Positions 44,702 through 57,537 of a DNA stretch of 64,000 nt are shown here, piece after piece. A program made the position numbers and the translations under genes. Origin of the DNA: Eledone cirrhosa (taxonomy: Eukaryota); NCBI GenBank assembly GCA_964016885.1, contig OZ024741.1:76880001-76944000 (forward strand). Reading direction: 5' to 3'. How positions within the stretch are numbered: position 1 is the stretch's first letter; the number at the start of each line of letters is the position of its first letter. Under the pieces are notes generated by a model. That model saw nothing but the letters and a program-made list of their open reading frames with translations. It was not told the DNA's origin and did no database searches.

Positions 44702-44733
44702 ATGGCTCAAGTTGTTACACCCTCTAGTTCTAT
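44702..44733 (+). CDS. Candidate first coding exon of an unidentified divergent gene (MAQVVTPSSS...)
   Basis: Strong Kozak aacATGG, 32 nt, then consensus donor GTGAGT at 44734; ~140 bp downstream of the CTTCCGG motif. Confidence 0.45.
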
Positions 44734-45660
44734 GTGAGTGACTATATTTTTTCTCTCTCTATTGGTGACAATTTTGTTTTATTCATTTTCAAATACTCAA
44801 GGAAGTCCATGGATAAATAACAATATAAGTATTGAGTACTCATACTCGCGACTGTCATTACTAAGTGTGTATGTATATACGTAATCGAAACAGTGTTACA
44901 ACATATGTACAAACTTTATTGGCATATTACAATTGTTTTGATATCGATCAGCTCAGGGTACAATCAAAATAATAGGACCCCACTCTTCTTCGACATCCCG
45001 TCAGATATGCGAGTTTATATGTGCACACGCACACATATACACACACATATGTGTGTGTGTATTTGGGGATGGCCATGTTGCCAGTATTGCCAATAAAAAG
45101 AAATACACGCACTATATGATTTTCACTGTTTGACTTTATCTTTATTATTAGTTATTCGTTCGTTCGTCAAAGTTCTTTTGTCACACATTATGTGACCTCC
45201 TCAATGTCTGTCTTATTTTGTAGTTCCTTTCTTTCTGGTTTAATCTGCTACTCCGTCTTTTGTTTCGTGGTGCCAATGTGTATATAAATATACTCGTATC
45301 TCTCTCTCTCTCTCTCTCTCTCTCTTATATATATATACATACACGCATGTATATGAATATATACATATATGAATTTATGTATGTATATAGGTATATATGT
45401 ACAGGGGTGCTGGGGGATTTATTTAATAATCTCTGATGTTCTGATTGAGCTAACATATTTAAAATTGAGTGGCACTTCTTCTAGTGTTCAGCAATTTTTA
45501 GACAACTTAATCAGAGAAACAATTGTTAGACTGTAAATAAATTCCACTTTTCGAATATTAATAATAGCGTTCGATTTGTTTGCAATTATGCAAACAAGCC
45601 TCAATTTTATAGCCATGTCAGTAGAATGAACCCTTCATTCTTGCTCTTGTGTTGGCATGT

Positions 45661-45720
45661 GAACAGAACTGCAGACACTAATGTTTCTGGGTATCACCCT
45701 TCATCAGTACAGCTCACTGT
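45661..45720 (-). ncRNA. Minimal type I hammerhead ribozyme (left arm of fold-back)
   Basis: Exact reverse complement of 45774-45833. Confidence 0.8.
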
Positions 45721-45773
45721 GTATTTTCGAAAATAGCATATATTTTCACTAGCTCTGACAGTTTGGCAGGTGA

Positions 45774-45833
45774 ACAGTGAGCTGTACTGATGAAGGGTGA
45801 TACCCAGAAACATTAGTGTCTGCAGTTCTGTTC
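45774..45833 (+). ncRNA. Minimal type I hammerhead ribozyme
   Basis: GAGCTGTA-CTGATGA(45787)-aGGGtgataCCCa-GAAA(45807)-CATTAGTG-TC-TGCAGTTC; GTC triplet at 45818-45820. Confidence 0.82.
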
Positions 45834-45959
45834 GCATATACATATATATATAAATATATATATACATATATATATAAATATATATATTGTTATATTTGGG
45901 GAGGGTCATATTTGCGTAATATTGCCAGAATTAATAACAAAACTAATTCATCGCCGCTA

Positions 45960-45987
45960 TAAATATATATATATATATATATAAATG

Positions 45988-46040
<53 letters not shown>

Positions 46041-46235
46041 ATATTTATTTATATATATATGTATATATGTATTTATATATATATATATATTTATTTATAT
46101 ATATATGTATATATATATTTATATATATATATATATTTATTTATATATATATGTATATATATATTTATATATATATGTATATATTTATATATATATGTAT
46201 ATATATATATATTTATATATATATGTATATATATA

Positions 46236-46278
<43 letters not shown>

Positions 46279-46761
46279 GTATATATATATATTTATATAT
46301 ATATGTATATATATATATTTATATATATATGTATATATATATATTTATATATATATGTATATATATATATTTATATATATATGTATATATATATATTTAT
46401 ATATATATGTATATATATATATTTATATATATATGTATATATATATATATTTATATATATATGTATATATATATATATTTATATATATATGTATATATAT
46501 ATATATTTATATATATATGTATATATATATATATTTATATATATATGTATATATATATATATTTATATATATATGTATATATATATATATTTATATATAT
46601 ATGTATATATATATATATTTATATATATATGTATATATATATATATTTATATATATATGTATATATATATATATTTATATATATATGTATATATATATAT
46701 TTATATATATATGTATATATATATTTATATATATATGTATATATATATTTATATATATATG

Positions 46762-46796
<35 letters not shown>

Positions 46797-46857
46797 TTAT
46801 ATGTATATATATATATTTATATATATATGTATATATATATATTTATATATATATTTT
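45960..46857. repeat. ~0.9 kb (TA)n array with alternating TGTA/TTTA interruptions
   Basis: Higher-order unit of ~24-28 bp 'tatatatatgtatatatatatattt'. Confidence 0.95.
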
Positions 46858-48017
46858 AGGTAGAAACTCCATTTTATGTCCTAAATGCAAAGTATGGGTG
46901 CATAAAAGATGTAGTGGGATCACAGGTAAGCTAACTAAGAACATAGATTTTACATGTGGCCGGTGTTCTGGTGCAATAAGTAGCAGCAAGTGCCCACAAA
47001 ATACTAGCTCTTTCAATTGCGCAGAGGGTTCTATAGAAATAGTGGACAGCTTCCGTTACCTGGGCGATAAAATCAGCAGTGGGGGAGGGTGCTCTGAAAG
47101 TACTGTAGCTAGAGTCAGAACTGGTTGGAAAAAGTTCAGAGAGCTTATACCACTATTAGCTGCTAAAGGGTTCTCCCTAAAAATGAAAGGCAGGTTGTAC
47201 GATGCCTGCATACGAACAGCAATGCTGCATGGCAGTGAGACCTGGGCATTGTGTGCAGAGGATATACGCAGACTAGAGAGGAACGAAGCTTGCATGCTCC
47301 GCTGGATGTGTAACAGTAATATACGTGAACGGCAAAGCATAAACGAACTAAGGAAAAAATTAGAGATAAGAGGGATCAGATGTTGTTTACTCGAGAGAAG
47401 GCTACGTTGGTATGGACACGTGATGCGCATGAAAGTCGATAGCTGTATAACAAAGTGCAGGGCAATAAAGATAGACGGTAGTCACGGAATAGGTAGACCT
47501 AGAAAAACCTGGGACGAGCTGATAAACTCCGACATCACACACTTACACCTCTCCAAGACAATGTCACTGGACCGAGACCTTTGGCGGTACTCAGTAACAG
47601 AGAAGACCCGCCTTACCTAAATATATAGTAAAACCTACTCCAGCCAGTAGGCATCTCTAACAAAATACACCCCGTCCCACCACCACCACCCCCACCCCAT
47701 CCACACCACCCCGTTCTATGTAAAGTTATGTTGGTGCCGCGCCATCCAGGCCGAAACAAATGAGATCGTGTAGGTGTCACGACAAAAAAACACACAGTCC
47801 ACGCTGTAATGTGGCCGTGTAGGCAACACGGTAAAAACCTCCCAGACCCACACTGTAAATGTGGTTGGTGTTAGGAAGGGCATCCAACTGTAGAAAACCT
47901 GCCAGACAGACGTATGCGAGCAAGACAATCACTCTTGCCTCAAGTGGGACTACCCCCGTCCAAACCCATGCAAGCGTGGAACACGGACGTTAAACGTTGA
48001 TGATGATGATGATGATG
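46858..48017 (+). mobile_element. Young RTE LINE, 5'-truncated (copy 4, subfamily beta)
   Basis: Frame open from '[10 protein letters not shown]' to stop at 47620; 3' UTR; (ATG)n tail 47999-48017. Confidence 0.95.
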
Positions 48018-48104
48018 ATATATATTTATATATATATTTATATATATATTTATATATATATTTATATATATATTTATATATATATTTATATATATATGTA
48101 TATA

Positions 48105-48175
<71 letters not shown>

Positions 48176-48179
48176 GTAT

Positions 48180-48730
48180 ATGTGCAACCAGCAGTATTCT
48201 TCTCCCCATTTTTTCACATATATTTACCTAAACTGCGATTCTGTTTTTTTCTCTCTCTCTCTCTTACTGCTCCCTCGCTCTCTCTGTTTCTCCTACTTTC
48301 TTTCGCCCCCTCTGTCATGTCAGTTAACTCTTCCTCACACTTCCACTCACTCACTCACTGTTTCTCCTCTTCTCACTTCACCCCGTTCGCGACGAAATCA
48401 TTTCCTCTCTTTCTCACATTTGAATTCGCTCCTGAAAGGTCTTTTTTCTAAGCGCTCATATATTCACCTAGCTTATGCTAACAGAATAACTATGAAGCTT
48501 GTTCCCTTCCTTCTACGGTTAGCTATCCTCTTTGTTGTTATCTTGTTTCACTCGCTTTACGCGTTTTAATTGTCCTAATAACTTAATTTAGTTATTATTG
48601 CACCGACGTGAGGTATATGATTTTTAATGCAATGAAATATCGATGATTGTCGGCAAATCACTGATGAGGGACTTATTTTATTACATGTTATCCATGTGCA
48701 ACCAGCAGTATTCTTCTCCCCATTTTTTCA
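48180..48730 (+). repeat. ~550 bp element with 37-bp terminal direct repeats and a partial hammerhead core
   Basis: 48180-48216 = 48694-48730; CTGATGAGGG at 48661. Confidence 0.6.
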
Positions 48731-48738
48731 TATATATA

Positions 48739-50679
48739 TCATCATCATCATCAGGTTTAGCGTCCGTGTTCCATGCTTGCATGGGTTTGGACGGGGGTTT
48801 TCCCATTTGAGGCAAGAGTGGTTGTCTTGCTCGCATAGGACTGTCTGGCGGGTTTTCTACAGCTGGATGCCCTTCCTAACACCAACCACATTTACAGTGT
48901 GGGGCTGGGATGTTTTTACCGTGTTGCCTACACGGCCACATTTACAGCGTGGACTGTGTGTTTTTGTCGTGACACCTACACGATCTCATTTGTTTCGGCC
49001 TGGATGTTGTGGGACCAACATAACTGTACATTGAAAGGGGCGGTGTGGATGGGGTGGAGGTGGTGGGACGGGGGGTGTTTTGATAGAGATGCCTACTGAC
49101 TGTAGTAGGTTTTTACTTTGTATTTAGGTAAGGCGGGTCTTCTCTATTACTGAGTACCGCCAAAGGTCTCGGTCCAGTGACATTGTCTTGGAGAGGTGTA
49201 AGCGTGTGAGGTCGGAATTTATCAGCTCGTCCCATGTTTTTCTGGGTCTGCCTACTCCGTGGCTACCGTCTATCTTTATTGCCCTGCACTTTGTTATACA
49301 GCTGTCGTCTTTCATGCGCATCACGTGACCGTACCAACGTAGCCTTCTCTCGAGTAAACAACATCTGATCCCTCTTATTTCTAATTTTTTCCTTAGTTCG
49401 TTTATGCTTTGCCGTTCACGTATATTACTATTGCACATCCAGCGGAGCATGCAAGCTTCGTTCCTCTCTAGTCTGCGTATATCCTCTGCACACAATGCCC
49501 AGGTCTCACTGCCATGCAGCATTGCTGTTCGTATGCAGGCATCGTATAACCTGCCTTTCATTTTTAGGGAGAACCCTCTAGCGGCTAATAGTGGTATAAG
49601 CTCTCTGAACTTTTTCCATCCAGTTCTGACTCTAGCTACTGTACTTTCAGAGCACCCTCCCCCACTGCTGATTTTGTCACCCAGGTAACGGAAGCTGTCC
49701 ACTATTTCTATAGAACCCTCTGCGCAGTTGAAGGAGCTAGTATTTTGTGGGCACTTGCTGCTACTTATTGCACCAGAGCACCGGCCACATGTAAAATCTA
49801 TGTTCTTAGTTAGCTTACCTGTGATCCCACTACATCTTTTATGCACCCATACTTTGCATTTGGGACATAAAATGGAGTTTCTACCTACGCCTTTCCTACA
49901 CACTGAGCATGGCCATTTCCCAGATGGGACTGCCGCCATATTTTCTTTCCTACAAACTAGAACTTTAGTCTTAGCCAGGTTAATTTTAAGGCCTTTTGAT
50001 TCTAGGCCGTGCTTCCATGTTTGGAATTTCTTCTCTAGTTCGGTCATTGATTCAGCTATGAGCGTTAGATCATCTGCGTATAGGAGTTCCCATGGGCAGC
50101 CGGTCTTGAACTCCTCTGTTATAGCCTGAAGGGCAATAATAAATAGTAGGGGGCTAAGAACAGAGCCCTGATGGACACCAACTTTTACGCTAAACTCTTC
50201 ACTATATTCGTTGCTAATTCTAACCTTACTGACTGTTTCTTTATACATGGCTTGTATAGCTCTCACAAGCCATTCGTCAACACCTAGTTTTCTAAGAGAC
50301 CACCAGATAATGGAACGGGGGACTCTGTCGAAGGCTTTCTCCAAGTCGACGAAAGCTAAGTATAGGGGTTTACTTTTAGCTAGGTACTTCTCCTGTAGTT
50401 GTCGTACAATGAAAAGAGCGTCTGTGGTACTTTTGCCTGACACAAATCCGAACTGCATTTCATCTAGATCAATTCTCTCTCTGATTAGTTGCGCTATTAC
50501 TTTTTCCGTGACCTTCATGACCTGGTCGATTAATTTAATGCCTCTATAGTTACTCCTATCTAGGGCATCTCCTTTTCCCTTATAGCAGTTAACGATGATG
50601 CTGCTACGCCACTCCTTCGGAACAACCCCATTCTGTACGACTTGGTTAACTATCCGGGTGACCATGGTGTGTCCCACCG
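48739..50679 (-). mobile_element. Young RTE LINE, 5'-truncated (copy 5, subfamily alpha)
   Basis: 517-aa open RT+PHD frame 49124-50677; (CAT)n tail. Confidence 0.96.
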
Positions 50680-50699
50680 AACCAGATATATATAAGGAT

Positions 50700-51480
50700 G
50701 AGCCAAGAGAGAGTTGTTCAAACAGACTAGATACAAAAGGCCCTAAAAGTGATTGTTACAGCAAATATTGCCATTACAACTAAGGAACTCAGCAGGCATT
50801 TCAATGTCAGCCATATGACTGTTCTGTGTGACCTTGAAAAGGCTTGGAAAAATTTTCATGGCTTAAAAATGGGTCCCACACAATCTACCTGTAGATAATT
50901 GCTAACAATGTATACACAACTTGGGTACCCTTTTTTGGGACAGCATTATTTCTAGAGATTAGAAGTGGATCCTTTATTACAATGTTAAGGGCCACCATCA
51001 GTAGCTTAGACAGCCAAGAAGAGGACTTGCATCCAAAAGAGATCCTGTTAAATGTTTGATGGATTATACAAGAAATAGTTCATTATGACTGAGTTCAAAT
51101 CCCGCCGAGGTTAACTTTACCTTTCATCCTTACGGGGTCGATAAAATAAAGTACCAGTAATGTACTGGGTAATTGCTGGCCTTGTGCCTAAAGTAGAAAC
51201 AATTATGAACTGTTAACAGTTAAACAACAATCAAACAATCACAGCTGAAGTTTACTACCAACAACTTCAGCATTTGAAAATACCTTTGGAGTTATTCTCC
51301 ATCACATAATGCTTGTCCACATACTACAAAAGAAACTAAGAACCTCCTAGCGGAACTTAGCTTGAGAATATTGCTTTGTCTACTATATTCTACCAACCTT
51401 GCTCCTTCTGGTTATTATTTGTTTAGGAGTTTTCATGGCCTTACATTAACATCAAGAGAGGAAGTTGAAAATTCGTTAGT
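50700..51480 (+). pseudogene. Mariner (Tc1/mariner) transposase relic
   Basis: WVPHNL (~50870), D*KWILYYNV, HPKEILLNV*W, degenerate HDNA.PH, YSTNLAPSGYYLFRS (equivalent of YSPDLAPSDY). Confidence 0.8.
51089..51201 (+). mobile_element. Deu/Nin-domain SINE inserted in the mariner relic
   Basis: B-box GAGTTCAAATCC, core 'ttcatccttacggggtcgataaaataaagtaccagt'; ATTATGA duplication at 51082 and 51202. Confidence 0.75.
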
Positions 51481-51790
51481 CTCTGGTTGACTATATGAGT
51501 GGATTAGCTCTTGTCTTACTTTGCCAGTTATTTTCAGCATCTTATTGATAATCCTTGAAGGTATGGCAACTTTTCTCTTTCTCATAGCCACAACAGCACT
51601 TTTGACCTTATAATTGTTGACCTCACTAGCTAGTCTCTCTGTTGGGTCTAATGGGAGCAATCTGTTTTTGTCCCACATATTCTCCCCTTTCAGCAAATTT
51701 TCATAACATTCCCAATCCTTGTCACTTGTAACTGAGGTGATCCACAAAAGGTTCTCATAGAAATCACCCTTTTGCTCATCTGTCATTCTT
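51480..51790 (-). pseudogene. Old RTE relic
   Basis: 'FYENLL..WECYENLLKGENMWDK..KMLKITGKV'. Confidence 0.65.
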
Positions 51791-51929
51791 ATCTTTTAAA
51801 CAGAACAAAATTTCTTCATGCTAGCCAATAGATGCTAGCTTACATAGCTTGATTGACGGCAAAAATATGGTAAAGCATTTTGTCCAACATTCTAATGATC
51901 CTTCAAATCCACAGTCATCACCATAATAA

Positions 51930-52130
51930 CTGTTTCCACATTTTGGCACAAGGCCAGCAATTTTGAAAGGAAGGGGCTAAGGTGATTAAATGAACCCCAG
52001 AGTGTTACTGGTACCTTATTTTATCAACCCCGTAATGATGAAAAGCAAAGCTAACCACAGCAGGATTTGAACTCAGAATGTAAAGGTTCCTAACTGTATG
52101 CCACAAAGCAGGTTGTCCAATGCCCTACTA
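51930..52130 (-). mobile_element. Deu/Nin-domain SINE, degenerate (further relics at ~52370-52430 and ~52560-52680)
   Basis: 'tggtaccttattttatcaacccc..gatgaaaagcaaag..ggatttgaactcag' is the reverse complement of the SINE core. Confidence 0.65.
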
Positions 52131-52989
52131 ATACTGAGTTTTGTATATAAGCACAGAGTCACACATTTTAAAAGAGGGATACAGTCAAAAGTCTAATATT
52201 TATTTGTATGTATGTTTGGATCCATAACACTTGATATAGTCATAGGTTGTGCCATTGTGTTATACAGCATGTCTTGGGCATTTTAAACCTGGTCTGAATA
52301 CAGCCTGTTTCCTCCAGAGAAGGAGGGAGAGAGTGATAGAAGGGGTGTAAGAAAGAGATGCAGAAGAAAAATGAACCCCAGTACTGGAATGGTACATATT
52401 TATCAGCCTGGAGAGGATGAAAGCTATATATTTTATTTGATCTATACAAAAGCTACATGTTATACAATATATATTCACAATATTTAGATTTTTAAAAATC
52501 TAATGCATTTTCCATTTATTATTCACACCTTACAATTCATCACACCTTACAATTCTGTGGGAAAGAGTGTAGTCAACTAAATTGAAACCACCATTCTCAG
52601 TATATTACTATTATTTATTTTATGAAGCTCAAAGGAATGACAGGCATAACTGAGCAAGGTAGGTTTTGAACTGAAAATAATAAAGCAACATTTAACATTA
52701 TCATGATGTATTTTTTGCTTTACTAATGTTTTATTTTTGAATCGTTTTAAATTGCTGTACTTCCATTTTTTTAAAACCTCTCTTTTTTTTTTTATTGTTG
52801 TTGTTTTTTATCCTTTAACAGCTGCAGCAGTCATTGAAATTATGTATAGATATATGAACAAAATTTAAATTGTCAGTAGCATTTGTGTGGTGATGTAGAT
52901 ATTTTAATCATCATCATCATCTTAAATGCGTTAAAATTTGTTTTGGCCAAACTTGATTCTACTGTGAGAGCACATATTCATATAAGCAG

Positions 52990-53145
52990 TCATGGGCATG
53001 TGGTTAAGGAGTTGACTTTGCAGCCAGGTGGTTTCAGATTCAATCCCACTGTGCGGCACCTTGGGCAAGTGTTATCTACTATAACCTTAGGTCAACCATG
53101 CCATGTTGATGAAATTTGGTAGAAGGAAACTGCAAAACCCATCTT
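52990..53145 (+). mobile_element. tRNA-derived SINE
   Basis: A-box-like 'tggttaagg', B-box-like 'gattcaatccc', 'ttgggcaagt' core; ends at TA/TG repeat. Confidence 0.65.
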
Positions 53146-53152
53146 ATATATA

Positions 53153-53217
<65 letters not shown>

Positions 53218-53220
53218 TTG

Positions 53221-53263
<43 letters not shown>

Positions 53264-53729
53264 ATGTATATATATATGTATATAAACACATGCTCTTCCT
53301 AATCCCACCCACTTTACAAAGTGTACTGGGTGCATTGTAACACTAGCACTACCAGTTTACAGTGTGGACTGAATGCATTTAATTATGTCACTAGTGCTAC
53401 CACTTTAAAGTGCAGATGGAGTGCATTTTATTGACACCAACACTAAGATGAATGTTGTGTCCTCAGAGAAAGGTAGTGATGGGGGTTGGAGATGAGCATA
53501 TAGAGAAAGTGGCATGTGTAACAAATGCCACTACATGTTCTTTGCCAAGAGGGAAGGAGAGGGAGAGAGTGAGAGCAACTGTTTGGATAAGGGAGATGGC
53601 CTTGAAGAGAGGTAGAGTGACAGACTAGAGAAGAAATTCCAGTTGTGGAAGCAGAACTTAGAAACAAAAGGGCTCAGAGTAAATGTAGCAAAGACCAAAG
53701 TTTTAATACATAGGAAAAAACGGGATAAT

Positions 53730-54097
53730 TTTTATTGTGGCAACAGCACTACCACTTTACAGAGTGGGCTGGCTGCATTTTATCATGGCACCAGTACTAC
53801 CACTTTACAGAGTGGGCTGGCTGCATTTTATCATGGCAACAGCACTACCACTTTACAGAGTGGGCTGGCTGCATTTTATCATGGCACCAGTACTACCACT
53901 TTACAGAGTGGGCTGGCTGCATTTTATCATGGCACCAGTACTACCACTTTACAGAGTGGGCTGGCTGCATTTTATCATGGCACCAGTACTACCACTTTAC
54001 AGAGTGGGCTGGCTGCATTTTATCATGGCACCAGTACTACCACTTTACAGAGTGGGCTGGCTGCATTTTATCATGGCACCAGTACTACCACTTTACA
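53730..54097. repeat. 48-bp minisatellite, ~7.7 copies
   Basis: Unit TTTTATCATGGCACCAGTACTACCACTTTACAGAGTGGGCTGGCTGCA, with two sequence variants. Confidence 0.97.
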
Positions 54098-54539
54098 ATA
54101 CTAGGACATGTCTGTTCTCAGCTAGGTTGGGAAAGGTAGTGGTGGGGAATGGGGAAAAGCTACATGTTGTTTGTTGAGAGAAGGATTCCTCCCACAAGGA
54201 GAGATGAAAAGGGAGAGTAAGCAGTGGGTTGTAGGGGTAGTCATGCAGAGAGTGAGTGTCATTGGCAGTACAATGAGAGGGAGGGCGTCCATCTTTCCAT
54301 ACTGGCATAGAGTGGATGAAGAAAGGGGAGTCAAAGATATGAATGAGGGGGAGACTATGGTGGAAGATTTAGATATGAGAAGAGGGGAAAATTAGGTGCG
54401 CACAGGGAGAGACTAACATATGGGGAAAGCAGATAAGGTGGAGCTGGGTCAGAGCATATTAGCAGGAGGTACCAAAATGTTGTTACACCTCTCTGCATCT
54501 TTACTCCTCATGCTTGTTTCATGCTGCTTAGGTAATATA

Positions 54540-55560
54540 GGATGGTGTCATGCCCAATGACTGACATAGCAGCATCATTGTCAACTGCTACAAGGGCACT
54601 AGATTGACAAAACTAGAGATATCAAATTGATGGACCATACAATTAATCTAGATAAGATGCAATTTGGCTTTGTGCCAGATAGAGACTGCACTGATGCTAC
54701 CTTGTGAGAGAACTGCAGAAAAGCCCTCTACCTAATGTTCATTGAACTGGAAAAAGCATTTGACAGGGCTCATCAGAGCTCTGCCATCAGACTCCATTTG
54801 TTTATTTTAAACCTCCAGGTCATAACAGAAAAGTTTAAGATTGGCTGCCCATGGGAACTTCTATATGAAGATGACCTAGTCCTCAAAGGTGAATATGTGG
54901 TAAATGAAATAGAGAAGAAATTCCAGACTTGAAAGCAACATATGTAACCAAAAGGTCTCAAAGTCATCAAACTAAAGTCCTAATGGATTGGAAAAATGGC
55001 AGGGCTCTGATATCATTGAGTAAATGGCCATGCTCAGTATGCACGAAAGGAGAGATGTAGCAGGATCTCAGGCTGGCTATCAGAATATAATCTTTGTATG
55101 TGGTAGCTGCACAGGACCAATAAGCAACAACAGCCTACAAGCACATCCCGAGATGTGGTTAACAGCTTCTCCTTCATAAGTTAGTTAGTTAGCAGTGGGG
55201 TAGGTATTCTGAAAGTACAGTAGCTAGAGTGAAAATTTTGGGAAAAAGTTTAGGGAGCTATTACCTCTACTGGATACATATTATGATGCTTTTGTGAGAG
55301 ATATGATACTGCATGAAAGTGAAACCTGGACCTTGAATGCAGAGAATTTGTGGAGACTGGAAATATGAGGTGAGCATGTTCTGATGCTAGGGTGCATTAA
55401 CAATGAAGCATAAACAAATTGAGAGAAAAGCTGAGTATAAGAGTGATCATGGATATGTGATGTTTATGAAGGATGACAGCTGCAGAGCATTCAAAATCAA
55501 TACGTGTGGCAGAGAAAACATGATAATGAAAGCTAACATCATGAAGAAGACACAGGATTC
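54540..55560 (+). pseudogene. Old RTE relic
   Basis: 'LEKAFDR', '[15 protein letters not shown]', PHD remnant 'KWPCSVC'. Confidence 0.8.
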
Positions 55561-55839
55561 GGTTGACTGGCAATTTGTGGTACCACAACAAACCTTCTCC
55601 TCTAAGCAAGAAGGATGAAACAAGCATGGGAAGTTCCAATTGTCCTCTATGTCATATATATTTTTATCCTCCTCCCTCACATCATATACATTTCATAGAG
55701 CTTTTCTGAACCTACTCACCTTTCCCAGATTCTTTTACGTTTTGGTTTTGTCTTGTGTATATTCTGATATCACTAGTAACTAACTTATGTTGGGTGCTGC
55801 ATTCTTCACTAAACTCACTTCCTATTCTCACTTCTGTAT

Positions 55840-56120
55840 ATGGTTTTCACTGCTCTCACAAACCATTCTTCTACACCTAGTTTCCTTAAGGACCACCAGA
55901 TGACAGATCATAGTACTCTGTCAAAGGCCTTCTCCAGATCAACCAAAGCCAACCATGGCTTACACTTAGAGACTTCTCTTGTAGCTGTCTCACTAAGAAG
56001 AGGGTATCTGTGGTGCTTCTCCTTGGCACAAAACCAAACTGCATCTCATCTAATTTGGCTCTTTCTTTAATTAGTGGTGCTAAAACTCTTTCTGTTATTT
56101 TCATAGCATTGGCAATCAAT
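55840..56120 (-). pseudogene. Old RTE relic
   Basis: 'LDEMQFGFVPRRSTTDTLFLVRQLQEK'. Confidence 0.8.
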
Positions 56121-56366
56121 CTGAACCTACATTTTACTAAGAGGTCCTTTAATTTCCTTGCTCTCCTTCTTCAGATTCTTCTAAGCCTTTTGTTCTCTCT
56201 TGTTCTTATTCTGATATCACTAGTTACTAACTTATTTGGGCAGTGCATTCTTCTCCGAGGAAGGACTTAACATTCACAACTATCTGTCTATCCTATTTTC
56301 TAACTAGTAAAAGATCAATGTATTCCAACATTATGTTTTCCTGTTTTTTTCTGTTCAAATTCTAAA

Positions 56367-56421
56367 TGCCTGATGAGGTCATAGCTGTTCAATAATGATT
56401 ATCACCGAAATATATATAGCA
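56367..56421 (+). ncRNA. Type I hammerhead ribozyme
   Basis: TGC-CTGATGA-GGT..ACC-GAAA-TATATA-TA-GCA. Confidence 0.6.
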
Positions 56422-56865
56422 GCAAATATGAATAAACAAAGTTAATTTTAACCTGTTGACTTACACTTCTTATTTTTACATTACTCCGGAGTAAACTGAC
56501 CCACCTGCGCACCCCGTTGAGTGCTCTAACCTGCATACTGAAGTGTCAGTAAACAACCAATACATACTCTACTCAAAGTTATCATATATATATATATATA
56601 TATACATACACACATATATATATATAACTTGTCCAATCCATGCAACCATGGGAAAATGGATGTAAAGCGGTATACACATACAAATATATATGAATTTGCA
56701 TTTAGACACATTGGATGGCCTTTGATTCACCTGAGTTCATCCACCCTTTGATAGATTTTGTCTGTGATCCTGTAAGGTGTTTGAAAACCACCCTCCTCAC
56801 AAAGCAGGTTTGGTGGGGTTGCTGGTTTAATTGATTTAATCACTGCTCATGTCTGACTTCACTTA

Positions 56866-56908
<43 letters not shown>

Positions 56909-57537
56909 GTTTGTGGGTTTATATATATATGTGTGTATACCTATATGTAGATGTGTGAGTGTCTATATATATATATATCATCATCATTTTACGGCTGCTT
57001 TTCCATGCTTGCATACATGTGTGGTGTGTGTGGTGTGTGTGTGTATGTGTCATATTATATAGATTTGTAAAAATAATATATCTGAAATTAGAGAATACAG
57101 AAAGGATATAAAAGCAAAACAAATATGTGTGTGTGTGTATATATATATATATGTGTGTGTGTGTGTATATATGTGTGTGTGTGTGTATATATATATATAT
57201 GTGTGTGTGTAATCTATATTGTGTGCATGTGTATCATCTTGTACTTACTAACCAGCTCTACTGACATATTTTTTCCATTCATGTTTGTTTGTTTCTTTTT
57301 TTATGTTCTTTTTCACCACCACCACAATAATCAAACTATTATTATTAATATGGTTGTTCCTTGTTTTGCAGTGGAGGGGCTGTATACAATCTTTGGGATA
57401 GGGGAAGGGTGGTGAATGTGTAGTTGTTTTCAACTACCTGTATAAGGGTGGGGGCATAAATGCACCTATTTTTATAGAAAGAAATGTACATTTTGTATAC
57501 ACGTGTGTATATATATATATGTGTGTGTGTGTGTGAA

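Noticed and set aside
45160-45210. Minus-strand TTGAGGA-GGTCACA..TGTGAC hammerhead
   Set aside because: GAAA core and stem III are missing; at most a decayed relic
52780-52900. Acceptor 'tttaacag' as exon 2 of the divergent gene
   Set aside because: Good polypyrimidine tract, but the phase-2 continuation hits TGA within five codons
53730-54097. CRISPR-like array or repeat protein
   Set aside because: Contiguous tandem units without unique spacers, no cas genes, eukaryotic context; the unit derives from a retroposon UTR
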